Shown: positions 1-10,598 of the stretch, one piece after another
Numbering within the stretch: position 1 is the first letter of the stretch
Layout of the letters: each line of letters begins with the position of its first letter
From: Tolypothrix carrinoi HA7290-LM1
Lineage (GTDB): Bacteria > Cyanobacteriota > Cyanobacteriia > Cyanobacteriales > Nostocaceae
Length of the DNA stretch: 64,000 bases
Assembly: GCA_019358935.1 (NCBI GenBank)
Contig: JAHHIK010000027.1
Span: forward strand, 1 to 64,000
Reading direction: 5' to 3'
The notes under the pieces: generated by a model
Seen by the model: the letters and a program-made list of their open reading frames with translations, nothing else
The model's database searches: none
Told to the model about the DNA's origin: nothing
Position numbers and translations under genes: made by a program

Positions 1-120
1 TTATACCCACATGAGTAAAAGGGTTATCCCTTAAGAATATCGGGAGCCGTGTGCAGCAAAAGTTGCACGCACGGTTCTAACAGAGAGGGACGGGGAATAA
101 TATCCCCTCTCGACTCTAAC
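1..120 (+). mobile_element. 3' end of a group II intron (domain V 44-77, domain VI ~82-120); rest lies upstream of the window
   Basis: GAGCCGTGTGCAGCAAAAGTTGCACGCACGGTTC fits the domain V hairpin; followed by an AGAG...CG-A-CTCT stem with a bulged A and terminal AAC; the tnpB frame resumes at 121. Confidence 0.9.
2..34 (+). CDS. C-terminal tip of the intron-encoded RT/maturase (partial)
   Basis: Reads YTHMSKRVIP*, resembling the HNH-domain end of cyanobacterial intron-encoded proteins; stops 10 nt before domain V. Confidence 0.6.
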   Translation, partial: YTHMSKRVIP

Positions 121-548
121 TGGTAAAGAATCGAAAACTAGCTAAATCTATAAGTGATGCTGGCTGGTCAACTTTTCGCAGTTGGTTAGAGTATCTTGGA
201 CACAAGTATGGGAAGATAACAGTTGCCGTTCCTCCCCACAATACAAGTCAGAATTGCTCTAACTGTGGCAAAAAAGTTAAAAAGTCTCTGTCTACTAGAA
301 CTCACGTTTGCCCTCCGAAGCGGATACACCGAAGACAGAGACGTGAATGCAGCCATCAATATCCTAAAATTAGCACTCAGTACCGTGGGGCACACGGGAA
401 CTTACGCTTGGGGAGATTTGCCCTCTTGGGCAGTTGGTGAGGCAGCGCGGTCTTGGGGGTCTCCCCCATGAGCGACTGCCGAACCCGTAAGGGTGTAAAC
501 CTGCTGTCTAACGGCGAGTCAGGGAACCAAGAATCCCCGTCCTTTTAA
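121..548 (+). pseudogene. tnpB: 3' part of IS200/IS605 TnpB, frameshifted and interrupted
   Basis: VKNRKLAKSISDAGWSTF...TSQNCSNCG...RTHVCP, +1 shift near 318, then GYTEDRDVNAAINIL (RuvC-III); 56-nt insertion at 439-494; ends NQESPSF* at 548. Confidence 0.9.
436..494 (+). repeat. Small dispersed structured element (GGTGAG...CGAACCCG-AAGGG family) inserted in tnpB
   Basis: Removing 439-494 restores WAVG-VNLLSNG; same termini as 59496-59554 and 63414-63618. Confidence 0.8.
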
Positions 549-563
549 GGCGGGGAGTGTCAA
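531..563 (+). mobile_element. IS200/IS605 right end (subterminal hairpin + TCAA)
   Basis: TCCCCGTCCTTTTAAGGCGGGGA hairpin followed by GTGTCAA directly after tnpB. Confidence 0.8.
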
Positions 564-599
564 AATTCATATTGAATATTTGTAAACGAGTTTGTTCGT

Positions 600-1652
600 A
601 TGCGAAAAAATACTTTTTTGAAGACTTTCGCTATTGCCGCAGTAAGTAGTGCGGCTTTTTTGTGTGTGGGTGTTCATAACGCTTATGCAGCTTCTTTCAA
701 CTCCATTTCTCGTATTTATGCCTTTGGTGATAGCTATTCAGATAATGGGGCAGCACTTCAGATTTCAACAGCAGCAGTCAAAGCTGGGGTGCCAGGAGCA
801 TTTATATTCCCCCGATTGGATGTGTATGACTCTGATGGTCGATGGACAAATAATCCCGGATTAACATCAGTTGAGGTACTCGCAAAACAAGAAAATTTAC
901 AGTTAACAGATTATGCTATAGGTGGTGCAAAAAGCGGCAATGGCAATTTAAGTAGCTGGCTCGATCAATATCAAGATACGGGTTTGTTCGGTCAAATCGA
1001 ACAATATAAAACAGAAGTTAATCGCGTGGCAGATTCTAAAGGGTTATACTTCATTTTTATATCTACAAATGACTTATTAGAAAGGTTTTTTAATAATCAG
1101 ACTGGTTCGGTCGATGCACTAGCTTCTGCTGCTGTTAACAATATTGCTTCTGGAGTATCACAACTTGCAGCGCTAGGGGCAAAACAGTTTTTTGTCGTAA
1201 ATTCTACAGATTTAGCTGCATTACCGCTTTTTGAGCAATACTCACAAGAGGCAGCTAAGTTTAGAGATTTTATCAATGAAAGTCTTCCCGGTCAACTCGA
1301 TACTCTGAATAAGCAATTAGGTGTTGAAGTTGCACTGTATGACCACGTTGCAATTAGCACAAAAATTCGCTCTACCCCAGCGGCATATGGTTTTACCAAT
1401 ATAAATGATGCCTGCGAACTTTTATACACTACTGCTGGGTTTGAGCCTGGTTGTTCAACACCTGATAATTATTATTACTACGACGAGATTCATCCCACTC
1501 GTCGCGTACATCAAATCATTGGTGAAGATATGGCTAATTTCTTAGAGACACAAAAAACAACTGTTCCTGAACCATCAACTGTTGTAGCTTTGATATCTTG
1601 TATGGGTATGATAAGTTTACTACGGCGTAAAGTTCGCAAAGGAAGTAAGTAG
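600..1652 (+). CDS. SGNH/GDSL hydrolase with PEP-CTERM sorting tail
   Basis: Signal peptide, FGDSYSD block I, DEIHP block V, C-terminal VPEPS + TM + basic tail. Confidence 0.9.
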   Translation: MRKNTFLKTFAIAAVSSAAFLCVGVHNAYAASFNSISRIYAFGDSYSDNGAALQISTAAVKAGVPGAFIFPRLDVYDSDGRWTNNPGLTSVEVLAKQENLQLTDYAIGGAKSGNGNLSSWLDQYQDTGLFGQIEQYKTEVNRVADSKGLYFIFISTNDLLERFFNNQTGSVDALASAAVNNIASGVSQLAALGAKQFFVVNSTDLAALPLFEQYSQEAAKFRDFINESLPGQLDTLNKQLGVEVALYDHVAISTKIRSTPAAYGFTNINDACELLYTTAGFEPGCSTPDNYYYYDEIHPTRRVHQIIGEDMANFLETQKTTVPEPSTVVALISCMGMISLLRRKVRKGSK

Positions 1653-1700
1653 TATTATACCTAAAAAATATTTCAGGAATATTACTCGAAAAGTGTAAGA

Positions 1701-1811
1701 TATACAGCATAATTCAGAATTCAGGAGCCACAATTCACTTATGAAAACAGGTTTTATACATGGCTTTGAGATAATCGGTGTGTACTTCATGAACTTGAAA
1801 TCTGCTGTATA
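1701..1811. mobile_element. Possible MITE
   Basis: Terminal inverted repeat TATACAGCA...TGCTGTATA, non-coding interior. Confidence 0.45.
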
Positions 1812-1836
1812 ATTAAGGCTATTTCGTAGTGATTTC

Positions 1837-1912
1837 GTAGGGTGTGTTAGCAAAGCTAACGCACCATCTCATATTTTCGGTGCGTTAGGACATTCGTCCT
1901 AACACACCCTAC
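1837..1912. repeat. GTAG-type REP doublet (REPIN-like)
   Basis: GTAGGGTGTGTTAG...CTAACACACCCTAC nested inverted repeats; related element at 42981-43132. Confidence 0.75.
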
Positions 1913-2004
1913 AAGAATTTTACTTACAAGCATTACTCAAATTGAGCGCATGTTCACAAAGAATTGGTATTAAAATTTATATTTAGAGTTGGCAATAAGG
2001 GGCA

Positions 2005-2253
2005 ATGCCGAAAAAAGTAAGGGAGTTGAAAGCTATTGTGTCAAAAGTCGGCTATATCCTTCAACCAGGAAGAGGTAAAGGAAGTCATACATATTGGAAG
2101 CATCCCTTATTACCCGAAGAACCTCTAACCATACCAGGCAAAGATGGTGATGATGCTCCGTTATATTTAGAAAAAAACATCCAACGAGTGCTAAAAAAAC
2201 TCGAAGAAATGGAACAAACCGAAAGCGAAGAAAAACAGGAAAAAGAAGAATGA
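2005..2253 (+). CDS. hicA: HicA-family toxin
   Basis: GRGKGSH motif, 82 aa, overlaps hicB by 4 nt. Confidence 0.85.
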   Translation: MPKKVRELKAIVSKVGYILQPGRGKGSHTYWKHPLLPEEPLTIPGKDGDDAPLYLEKNIQRVLKKLEEMEQTESEEKQEKEE

Positions 2254-2480
2254 ACTATCACTACAGCATGGTAATTCAGTGGTCGGAAGAAGATGGACTT
2301 TTTTTAGTACACTTGCCTGAGTTCCCCTGGCAACAGTTTCATACACATGGTAGGACTTATGAAGAAGCTGCCAAAAATGGTCAGGAAGTAATTGAGACTT
2401 TTGTTGAGATGTTGAGAGAAGAGAATAAACCACTACCAGAACCGAGAATACTGCCAACAAAACCGTTACAAGTCGCTTAG
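2250..2480 (+). CDS. hicB: HicB-family antitoxin (short form)
   Basis: YSMVIQWSEED...THGRTYEEA...LPEP. Confidence 0.85.
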   Translation: MNYHYSMVIQWSEEDGLFLVHLPEFPWQQFHTHGRTYEEAAKNGQEVIETFVEMLREENKPLPEPRILPTKPLQVA

Positions 2481-2645
2481 TTGAGTTGTTGGTTGTGGAT
2501 GACCATTGCTTTGCGATCGCACTTCCTATTTAACCACTTCAAACTATGCGATCGCGCTGACAATTTAGCCACTCAAATTAATCATGCGATCGTTCTGAAA
2601 AATCTAGCAATCTTCGGGCAATATCAAGCGGACTTGATATAACTA

Positions 2646-4391
2646 TTATTTGCTAAACTGTTGGGCATAAAATCGCGCATAACGACGTTCAAGCGTTAAT
2701 AATTCTTCATGAGTACCAGATTCGACAATTTGACCTCGTTCTAGAACTAAAATACGATCGCATCTTCTCACCGTAGATAACCGATGAGCAATAATAAATA
2801 CCGTCCGATCTGCCATTAATCTTTCGAGTGCTTCTTGTACCAAAGCTTCTGATTCTGAATCTAAGGCAGATGTCGCTTCATCTAAAATCAAAATTCTCGG
2901 ATTTCGGAGAACAGCACGAGCGATCGCTATTCTTTGTCTTTGTCCACCGGATAAATTCACTCCTCTCTCACCTACCCAAGTATCATAACCCTCAGGTAGT
3001 TGCGTAATAAATTGATGCGCGTTAGCAATTTTCGCAGCTTCTTCCACAGCTTTCATCTCAAAAGCATCTTGTCCGAAAGCGATATTTTGGGCAATTGTCC
3101 CGGAAAACATGATAGTTTCTTGAGGAACAATGCCAATTTGTCGTCGCAGACTATCTAGCGTCACATCGCGAATATCAACACCATCAATTAAAATTTGACC
3201 AGCTTCGGGATCGTAAAAACGGGGTAAAAGATTCACGAAAGTAGTTTTACCAGCACCAGAAGCACCAACTAAAGCGATCGCTTCTCCTGGCATCGCCAAT
3301 AAACTGATATCCTTAATTACAAATTCGCCTTTTTTGTAAGCAAAGGAAACATGACGATATTCCACCTTACCGCTGACATCAGGTAGAGTTAGAGCATTTG
3401 CTTTTTCCTCCACCGTTGGTTGAATAGCCAACAACTCAAAAACGCGGTCTACAGAAGCTTCACCCTGTTTAAATTCGTTGTAATTGCTGGTAACATGACC
3501 AATCGGATCGATTAATAAAGCTCCTGCTGTTAAAAAAGCGACGAATTTATCAACCGTTAAATTACCAGTAGCAATTTGCCAACCACCCACAAAAAGTAAA
3601 ATTAAAATACTAACAGCTTCTAAAAATCCGATGATGGGAATCTGAATTGCCTTGAGACGTTCCGCTGAATACTTCGCTTTCATCGTGCGATCGGCTTCTC
3701 GACTAAAGCGGGCAACTTCGTACTTTTCGGCTGCGAAAGCTTGAATAATCCTAATTCCGCTGAAAACCTCAGTTAAAATTGCCGATAAATCAGATACATG
3801 ACTTTGACTTTTCAGCGAAAATATACGCAAACGTTCGCCAAACCAACCGATTAAAATGCCCATCAACGGCGCAACGATAATAATAGCTAAGGTTAATTGC
3901 CAATTTAACCAAATCATGTATATGGGAATTGCCACCAACTGCAAAACGCAGGGGATAAAATCGTGAAAGAGTTTATGGACAACTTCCCCAACTCGATCCA
4001 CATCTTCGGTCATTCTGTAGGATAAATCGCCTGTTTTTGCAGTTTCAAAATAGCTAAGATTCAGCTTTTGTAAGTGAGTGTAGATATACTTGCGAAGATT
4101 AAAAGCGACTCGCAGAGCGGCTTTTGCCATGTAAATATCTTGTACAGATTGAAAAAACCCTCTGACAAGAAACACCGTTGCGAGTAGAGAAATTTCGAGA
4201 GCGATCGCATACAAATTTCTCCCACCAAAGACACTTGCAAATTGACGCGCCAGCGTAATCAGAGCTAAAGTTGCTAAAACATATCCTAAAATGCCAATAA
4301 AACCCTTGACAATGTTGTGCCATTGGGGTCGAATATACGGTAAAAGTTGCCAGTAATTAGAGCGCGTTTTCAAGCTCGAAGATCCACACAA
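2646..4391 (-). CDS. ABC exporter, fused permease/ATPase (MsbA-like); start uncertain
   Basis: TM domain, Walker A GASGAGKT, LSGGQRQR, ILDEATS. Confidence 0.9.
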   Translation of the reverse strand: MCGSSSLKTRSNYWQLLPYIRPQWHNIVKGFIGILGYVLATLALITLARQFASVFGGRNLYAIALEISLLATVFLVRGFFQSVQDIYMAKAALRVAFNLRKYIYTHLQKLNLSYFETAKTGDLSYRMTEDVDRVGEVVHKLFHDFIPCVLQLVAIPIYMIWLNWQLTLAIIIVAPLMGILIGWFGERLRIFSLKSQSHVSDLSAILTEVFSGIRIIQAFAAEKYEVARFSREADRTMKAKYSAERLKAIQIPIIGFLEAVSILILLFVGGWQIATGNLTVDKFVAFLTAGALLIDPIGHVTSNYNEFKQGEASVDRVFELLAIQPTVEEKANALTLPDVSGKVEYRHVSFAYKKGEFVIKDISLLAMPGEAIALVGASGAGKTTFVNLLPRFYDPEAGQILIDGVDIRDVTLDSLRRQIGIVPQETIMFSGTIAQNIAFGQDAFEMKAVEEAAKIANAHQFITQLPEGYDTWVGERGVNLSGGQRQRIAIARAVLRNPRILILDEATSALDSESEALVQEALERLMADRTVFIIAHRLSTVRRCDRILVLERGQIVESGTHEELLTLERRYARFYAQQFSK

Positions 4392-4445
4392 ATATTTTCT
4401 TTGTTTGACGCTATCAGCTTTTGTGTAGTTTCACAAACAGTTCTA

Positions 4446-5585
4446 TTAGTCCGCGCAGGCGGACTTAGTTTGTATAGCCGCGACTTCAGTCGTCGGGTAC
4501 TCACCTATAACTGTTGCAGGTTCCGACTCAACATCCTCTACTTTATGGAATCCCCCAACCAGCCAGCTATCAGCGACATCTTTAATGAAACTGGCTAGAG
4601 GTATGGCGATTAATAAACCTAATAATCCGCCTAATTTAGCACCTAACAATAAAGAAATTACCACCCACACCGGATTTAAACCAGTTAAATTACCCAAAAT
4701 GCGAGGCGCAATAAAGTTAGAATTTACTTGATCGATCGCTACAGCAACACCTAAAACTTCTACCCCTAGCCAAAAGTTTTGTAACGCTACCAAAAGACTG
4801 ACTATGCTGATACCAATCCCCGTACCAAAGGGAAACAAAGAGAAAAAGCCAATTACAATTCCAAAAAGTAAAGCCAAGGGAACTTGTAAAGCTAAAAAAG
4901 CCAGTGTAATTACTACTCCCAGCACGGCACCCAAGGTAGCCTGACCGATAAAATAATTGTGAAAATCTTCGCGCAGTAATTGCCGTACTGGTGTGCCAAT
5001 GTGAGATGGTATCCACTGATAAAGTCCATCCCAAAGGCGATCGCCATTGTACACTAGATAGATAGTCAGCACCACTGCCAGTAGACCATTGGCAACAATA
5101 TTGATAGTATCTACAGCAAAGCCGAGAATTTGACCTGTAAAAGTTTGCAGTTGGCTAGATAATCGGTCGAGAACTTGGGTGAGTAAACCACTTAAATTAA
5201 TCGGTAGCTGCTGTTGATTTAAAGCCCAATCTTGAAAAGCTTGCAGTTGGTCGGTTCCAGAATCAATCCAACTTGGCAAAATGTTGGCTAGTTCGTTGAG
5301 TTGTCCGAGAATTCGGGGAACTAAGGTGATACCCAAAGCCACTAAAATCACCACACTCAACAGCAAAACTACCACAATAGCCAAGTTGCGTTTTACCCCT
5401 CGACGCTGTAAAAACTGAATTGGATAATCCAAAACAAAAGCTAGCAAAATTGCAGCAACAAAAACGCTCACCAAAGGTTGAAAATATTTTACAACCTGGA
5501 TCAAGAGCCAACCGTTAAGAATGGCAAGGGGAAATGCCAATCCTAAACTTAACCATCGTGGCAGTTTGTTTGCTGTTTGCATCAT
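4446..5585 (-). CDS. AI-2E family transporter
   Basis: Multi-TM, PRILG/GLNP/IAIPLA motifs; start set at MMQTANK because the upstream extension is STRR. Confidence 0.8.
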   Translation of the reverse strand: MMQTANKLPRWLSLGLAFPLAILNGWLLIQVVKYFQPLVSVFVAAILLAFVLDYPIQFLQRRGVKRNLAIVVVLLLSVVILVALGITLVPRILGQLNELANILPSWIDSGTDQLQAFQDWALNQQQLPINLSGLLTQVLDRLSSQLQTFTGQILGFAVDTINIVANGLLAVVLTIYLVYNGDRLWDGLYQWIPSHIGTPVRQLLREDFHNYFIGQATLGAVLGVVITLAFLALQVPLALLFGIVIGFFSLFPFGTGIGISIVSLLVALQNFWLGVEVLGVAVAIDQVNSNFIAPRILGNLTGLNPVWVVISLLLGAKLGGLLGLLIAIPLASFIKDVADSWLVGGFHKVEDVESEPATVIGEYPTTEVAAIQTKSACAD

Positions 5586-5607
5586 TGGGGAATTGATAAT
5601 AGTTAGT

Positions 5608-5795
5608 GGGGCATGGGGCATGGGGCATGGGGCATGGGGCATGGGGCATGGGGCATGGGGCATGGGGCATGGGGCATGGGGCATGGGGCATGGGGCATTG
5701 GTAATAATTATTTCCCCTTTCCCCTTTCCCCTTTCCCCTTTCCCCTTTCCCTAATGCCCATTGCCCATTGCCCAATGCCCAATGCCCATTGCCCC
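5608..5795. repeat. STRR heptamer tracts (GGGGCAT)n, (TTTCCCC)n, (CCATTGC)n
   Basis: Tandem 7-mers read directly. Confidence 0.95.
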
Positions 5796-6227
5796 ACTAT
5801 CCATTTTCATAAAATCCAGCATAATTCGCTGAGGTATTATTCCTAAAGGTCGTACTTCGAGCGCGATCGCACTATAACAACTTCCCTGTAAAATATCGGA
5901 TGGTGTCAATAATCCCATATCCCAGCCTTCATTCAGAACCAGTTGATTGAATTCTACTTCTAGAGGTGCATAAAATACATGACGCATTGCCCTTTCATCG
6001 GCATAACAGCCAAAAAAAGCAAATGTTGGTGGTAAATTATAGCCGATTTCTTCTAAAATTTCTCGCTTTAGTGCTATATCTGGAGTTTCGCCCGGTTCGA
6101 TATGTCCGCCAAATAGCGCCCATTGACCAGGATAGGGAATATTGGGGATGTTGTCACGCAATTGCATGAGAAACTTGTCTTTTTGGTAGAGAATAGCGAT
6201 CGCTACTTGCACCTGTTGATTAGTCAT
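5751..6227 (-). CDS. NUDIX hydrolase
   Basis: Nudix box [23 protein letters not shown]. Confidence 0.9.
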   Translation of the reverse strand: MTNQQVQVAIAILYQKDKFLMQLRDNIPNIPYPGQWALFGGHIEPGETPDIALKREILEEIGYNLPPTFAFFGCYADERAMRHVFYAPLEVEFNQLVLNEGWDMGLLTPSDILQGSCYSAIALEVRPLGIIPQRIMLDFMKMDSGAMGIGHWAMGNGH

Positions 6228-6260
6228 AAAATTTGAAGTGACAATTTAAAGTAACTATAA

Positions 6261-6677
6261 TTACTCTTCCTCTAAATAAATTTCCCCTAACTCTTTGCCC
6301 GCTAAAGGGATACTTTGGTAGCTAACTTTACCCTTAACTACCACTTGCTGTCCCTCTTTCCAACCCGTTTGATTGGTTAAAACCCAGATTTTGCCAGTTG
6401 AGTCATTGATTTGATAAACCTGCTGCTTGACAAGAGGAACTGATGAGTTTACCTTACCTTGAATGTAAACTGTAGCTTTGTCTTGCCGTGGTTTCAGTTC
6501 CCGAATCGGGGTAACATTAACACCAATACTGAAGTTAACGCCGTTCAGCCCAGACTGCCCGGAGTAACCACAACTAGATAGGGCAAATAAGCATACAAAT
6601 GTCAACCCCCAGTAGTAGTAAAAATTATTTTTTTTTGTTTGTTGCATCACAACCGTCTGTTGAGGGAATTTTTGCAT
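6261..6677 (-). CDS. Putative lipoprotein with OB-fold-like domain
   Basis: Lipobox LSSC; YQINDSTGKIWV motif. Confidence 0.55.
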   Translation of the reverse strand: MQKFPQQTVVMQQTKKNNFYYYWGLTFVCLFALSSCGYSGQSGLNGVNFSIGVNVTPIRELKPRQDKATVYIQGKVNSSVPLVKQQVYQINDSTGKIWVLTNQTGWKEGQQVVVKGKVSYQSIPLAGKELGEIYLEEE

Positions 6678-6729
6678 TACTTTCTTGCCTTGTCGCCAGT
6701 TTCATAAAGTTAGTTCTGATTAATAGTAT

Positions 6730-6926
6730 TCATTGGTCATTGGTAATGGGTAATTGGTCATTGGTAATTGGTAATTGGTCATTGGTCATTGGTAATTGGT
6801 AGTTGTTTTTTATTTTTCCCCACTCCCCATTCCCCATTCCCCATTCGCCATTCCCCATTCGCCATTCGCCATTCCCCCTTCGCCATTCCCCATTCGCCAT
6901 TCCCCACTCCCCCATTCCCCATTCCC
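6730..6926. repeat. STRR tracts (TGGTAAT/TGGTCAT)n and (CCCCATT/CGCCATT)n
   Basis: Tandem 7-mers between divergent genes. Confidence 0.95.
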
Positions 6927-6936
6927 CCGAAGCGTT

Positions 6937-7812
6937 ATGGAAACAGAAACTGCCAAACTTATTGATGGTAAAGCAATAGCAGCAAAAATTCAGACAGAAC
7001 TTTCTGCTGTGATTACAAAATTACAACCCCAAGTAGGACGCCCACCAGGTTTAGCAGTGCTGATGGTTGGTGATAACCCAGGTTCTGCGGCTTATGTACG
7101 CGGCAAAGAACGCGCTTGCGCGAATGTGGGGATTGCCTCTTTTGGTAAGCATTTTCCGACCGAAACCACCCAAGCCGAACTAGAATCGGTTATTGCTGCA
7201 CTTAACTCTGATGAACGAGTGGATGGCATTCTTGTACAACTTCCTCTACCAGATCATTTGGATGCTGTCACTCTACTACATCAAATTGATCCCGACAAAG
7301 ATGCCGACGGACTGCATCCGCTTAATTTGGGACGACTGGTGCGGGGAGAACCTGGTTTACGCAGTTGCACTCCATATGGAGTTATGCGGCTGTTGCAGGA
7401 ATATGAAATTCCTTTGAAGGGAAAACAAGCCCTGGTGCTGGGACGCAGTATTTTGGTGGGTAAACCAATGGCTTTGATGCTTTTAGAAGCTGATGCGACT
7501 GTTACCATCGCTCATTCGCGATCGCATGACTTGAAAGCGATCGCTAATAATGCTGATATCCTCATTACAGCAGTAGGTCGTCCCAATCTCATCGACGCGC
7601 TTTTGATAAAACCGGGCGCTGTTGTGATAGATGTGGGAATGAATCGTGTCACCGATTCTAGTGGTAATAGTCGCTTAGTTGGCGATGTCAACTTTGACTC
7701 AGCCAAAAGCGTGGCAGGATTTATCACTCCTGTTCCTGGCGGTGTAGGTCCGATGACTGTCGCTATGTTGTTGCAAAATACAGTTTCTAGCTATTCTGTA
7801 CATCGGCGGTAG
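6937..7812 (+). CDS. folD: Methylene-THF dehydrogenase/cyclohydrolase
   Basis: [31 protein letters not shown] at 6937. Confidence 0.97.
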   Translation: METETAKLIDGKAIAAKIQTELSAVITKLQPQVGRPPGLAVLMVGDNPGSAAYVRGKERACANVGIASFGKHFPTETTQAELESVIAALNSDERVDGILVQLPLPDHLDAVTLLHQIDPDKDADGLHPLNLGRLVRGEPGLRSCTPYGVMRLLQEYEIPLKGKQALVLGRSILVGKPMALMLLEADATVTIAHSRSHDLKAIANNADILITAVGRPNLIDALLIKPGAVVIDVGMNRVTDSSGNSRLVGDVNFDSAKSVAGFITPVPGGVGPMTVAMLLQNTVSSYSVHRR

Positions 7813-7998
7813 AGACGTTCCATTGGAACGTCTGTACTATGAGTTATGAGTTGGGTAGAGACATAAGCGCACCGAACGTCTGTACTATGAGTTATAAGTT
7901 ATAAATTTTTAATTCTTAACTCCTAACTCTTTTAGCTCCAAATACCCGTAAAATTGTGACTTATATGACAAAAATTAAAAAATGTAAGGAATTTAAGG

Positions 7999-8925
7999 AT
8001 GGTAGCAGCGCATAACCTTCACAAAACTCCTGAGTCAGCTAAGTTTGACCTATTAGCTTATCTAAAAGAGCGGCAAAAACTCTGTGAAACTGCTCTCGAT
8101 AACGCGATTCCTATGCGTTACCCAGACAAGATTTATGAATCAATGCGCTACTCGCTGTTAGCTGGAGGTAAGCGTCTGCGCCCCATTCTTTGCCTTGCTA
8201 CGTGTGAAATGACTGGTGGGACAATCGAAATGGCAATGCCAACGGCTTGTGCTTTGGAGATGATTCACACTATGTCGTTGATTCACGACGACCTGCCGGC
8301 GATGGATAATGATGATTATCGGCGCGGCAAGCTGACAAATCACAAAGTATATGGCGAAGATATTGCGATTTTGGCTGGAGATGGCTTGTTGGCTTACGCC
8401 TTTGAGCATGTCGCCACTAGCACCCAGAATGTGCCAACAGAGCGAGTATTGCAAGTAATTGCCCGTCTGGGGCGTGCGCTGGGGGCAGCTGGCTTAGTTG
8501 GCGGTCAAGTAGTAGATTTAGAATCGGAAGGAAAGCCGGATATTTCTCTAGAAACGCTGAATTTCATTCATAATCACAAAACAGCCGCTTTGTTAGAAGC
8601 TTGCGTTGCCTGTGGCGGAGTTTTGACTGGGGTTTCGTCTGAAGATTTGCAACGCCTGTCTCGTTATGCTCAAAATATTGGGCTGGCATTTCAGATTATC
8701 GATGATATTTTGGATATCACTGCGACACAAGAGCAATTGGGCAAAACTGCTGGTAAAGACCAAAAAGCCAACAAAGTCACTTATCCCAAACTCTGGGGGT
8801 TGGAGGAATCGCGTAGTAAGGCTCAACAGCTAATTGAAGCAGCTTGTGTGGAATTAGATTCATTTGGTGATAAAGCGAAACCGCTAATAGCGATCGCTCA
8901 ATATATCATCAATCGCGATCGCTAA
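7999..8925 (+). CDS. crtE: Geranylgeranyl diphosphate synthase
   Basis: [28 protein letters not shown]. Confidence 0.93.
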   Translation: MVAAHNLHKTPESAKFDLLAYLKERQKLCETALDNAIPMRYPDKIYESMRYSLLAGGKRLRPILCLATCEMTGGTIEMAMPTACALEMIHTMSLIHDDLPAMDNDDYRRGKLTNHKVYGEDIAILAGDGLLAYAFEHVATSTQNVPTERVLQVIARLGRALGAAGLVGGQVVDLESEGKPDISLETLNFIHNHKTAALLEACVACGGVLTGVSSEDLQRLSRYAQNIGLAFQIIDDILDITATQEQLGKTAGKDQKANKVTYPKLWGLEESRSKAQQLIEAACVELDSFGDKAKPLIAIAQYIINRDR

Positions 8926-9201
8926 ATCTACCCCAAAGGGTAATTAAAAATTAAAAATTAAAATTACTTAATTTTTAATTTTTAATTAAAGCACAAAAAC
9001 AATATATTTTGGATTTTGTCATCAGCAAAAAGTGCGTATCGCGGGGATCGCTCTGCGTCTTATATCGTAGACGCGGGGCAGCTTGCTTTGAATGGCATCC
9101 AATTATATTGTCAGATGCCGGCAGAGAGCTTTTCGGCTTAATCGAAATATTTCCCTAAATAACAACCCCTGCTAATATTTACTAACAAAGCTCAAAATAC
9201 C

Positions 9202-9657
9202 ATGCAGGACATAGGCGACATCTTAAACAACCGGGTGCTGCTAGTTGCCCTTATTGCTTGTTTAATTGCCCAAGCATTAAAGCTCATAGTTGAACTAGTC
9301 AAACATCGTAAAGTTAATGTTAGTGTTTTAGTCACCACTGGAGGAATGCCCAGCGCTCATTCCACTTTAGTTACAGCTTTAGCAGCCGGTGTAGGGCAAA
9401 CTCTGGGTTGGGCATCTCCAGAGTTTGCACTCGCTGTAGTTTTTGCCATCATCGTCATGTACGATGCAGCAGGTGTTCGCCAAGCTGCCGGTAAGCAAGC
9501 TCGCATTCTCAATCAAATGATTGACGAATTGTTTCGCGAACATCCAGAATTTAACGAAGACCGTCTCAAAGAATTACTAGGACACACACCAGTTCAGGTG
9601 ATAGTCGGTTCCGCTTTGGGCATAACCATTTCTTGGTTAGCTAGGTCTGCTTATTAG
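9202..9657 (+). CDS. Divergent PAP2 (DUF212) family protein
   Basis: GGMPSAHS, VMYDAAGVR, GHTP. Confidence 0.9.
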   Translation: MQDIGDILNNRVLLVALIACLIAQALKLIVELVKHRKVNVSVLVTTGGMPSAHSTLVTALAAGVGQTLGWASPEFALAVVFAIIVMYDAAGVRQAAGKQARILNQMIDELFREHPEFNEDRLKELLGHTPVQVIVGSALGITISWLARSAY

Positions 9658-9661
9658 GAAC

Positions 9662-9812
9662 GTGGTTAGTGGTTAGTGGTTAGTGGATAGTGGATAGTGG
9701 ATAGTGGTTAGTGGTTAGTGGTTCTTTTTTACAACCAACAAATAACAACCAACAACCAACAACGCTCCAACTATCAACGCTCCAACTAACAACTAACAAC
9801 TAACAAATAACT
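9662..9812. repeat. Opposed STRR tracts (TAGTGGT/A)n and (CAACTAA)n
   Basis: Tandem 7-mers between convergent genes. Confidence 0.9.
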
Positions 9813-9813
9813 A

Positions 9814-10482
9814 CTATAACCGCACAACTGAACGCAGCAGCAACACCTTTCGGCTGTCTACTAAATAGGTGGAAAAACCGCGCTCGTTCAGCTTTTGCAA
9901 TGTGTTGTATGCTTCCTTTTGGTTAGTGGTGTAAACTGCTAGCAAGTAAGGGCGTTGTCCATAAGAAACAAAACCGATGTCACCTTCTACGATTTGTTGC
10001 AGTTGAGTCGCCAATTCTGGACGGTTGAAATAATCCACCAAGACGGCATAACCCATTCCTAGTGATTGGGGATTATAGCTTGCTGTTTGAGAACGAGGCT
10101 GCTGTACGTTTGTTGTTGTCGTTGTCGTTGTCGTCGTCGGTCGAGTGGTAATGATGGCAGATAAGCCGACAATACTGTTAACATACCTTGCCCAACGATT
10201 GGCATCGTCAATCTTGTTAAACCCGCCAATGCGAGTTACTGTATCGTTGAGATATCTACAGGTGGTGGTTTTTAGTTCAGTAGGTAAAGTGCGCCGCAAC
10301 TGAGTTTGATTATCTTGTGTGGGGCTGATTACCAATAAAAGATACTCACCCGCAGTTGGTGCAGTACAAACAGGAATGTTTTTTTGAGCGGTGACAGAAC
10401 TGATTTTCCCACCAATCAAACTGGCGATCGCTAACACCAAAGCACTTGATAAAGTCGTAATACGCATCACAATTTGATACAT
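9814..10482 (-). CDS. Secreted hypothetical protein (SPOR-like repeats)
   Basis: Signal peptide, two similar alpha/beta units separated by a poly-Thr linker. Confidence 0.6.
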   Translation of the reverse strand: MYQIVMRITTLSSALVLAIASLIGGKISSVTAQKNIPVCTAPTAGEYLLLVISPTQDNQTQLRRTLPTELKTTTCRYLNDTVTRIGGFNKIDDANRWARYVNSIVGLSAIITTRPTTTTTTTTTNVQQPRSQTASYNPQSLGMGYAVLVDYFNRPELATQLQQIVEGDIGFVSYGQRPYLLAVYTTNQKEAYNTLQKLNERGFSTYLVDSRKVLLLRSVVRL

Positions 10483-10598
10483 AATTAAATTTTCTAAATT
10501 TTTTCAAAAGATTCCCTAAAAATATGTTTTGTTCCTTTTTTGGGGCAAGTATCAGACTTGCCCCTATGTAGGCGATCGCAACTGAGCGCTATATTATA

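Noticed and set aside
5515..5846. MPHAPCP / MGHGAWG ORFs, also at 6730-6965, 55035-55468 and 56096-56299
   Set aside because: Translations of 7-bp STRR tracts; Cys/His richness is incidental, so they are not RiPP precursors
7955..7970. CRP-like site TGTGA-N6-TGACA upstream of crtE
   Set aside because: Single imperfect match in AT-rich DNA with no supporting evidence
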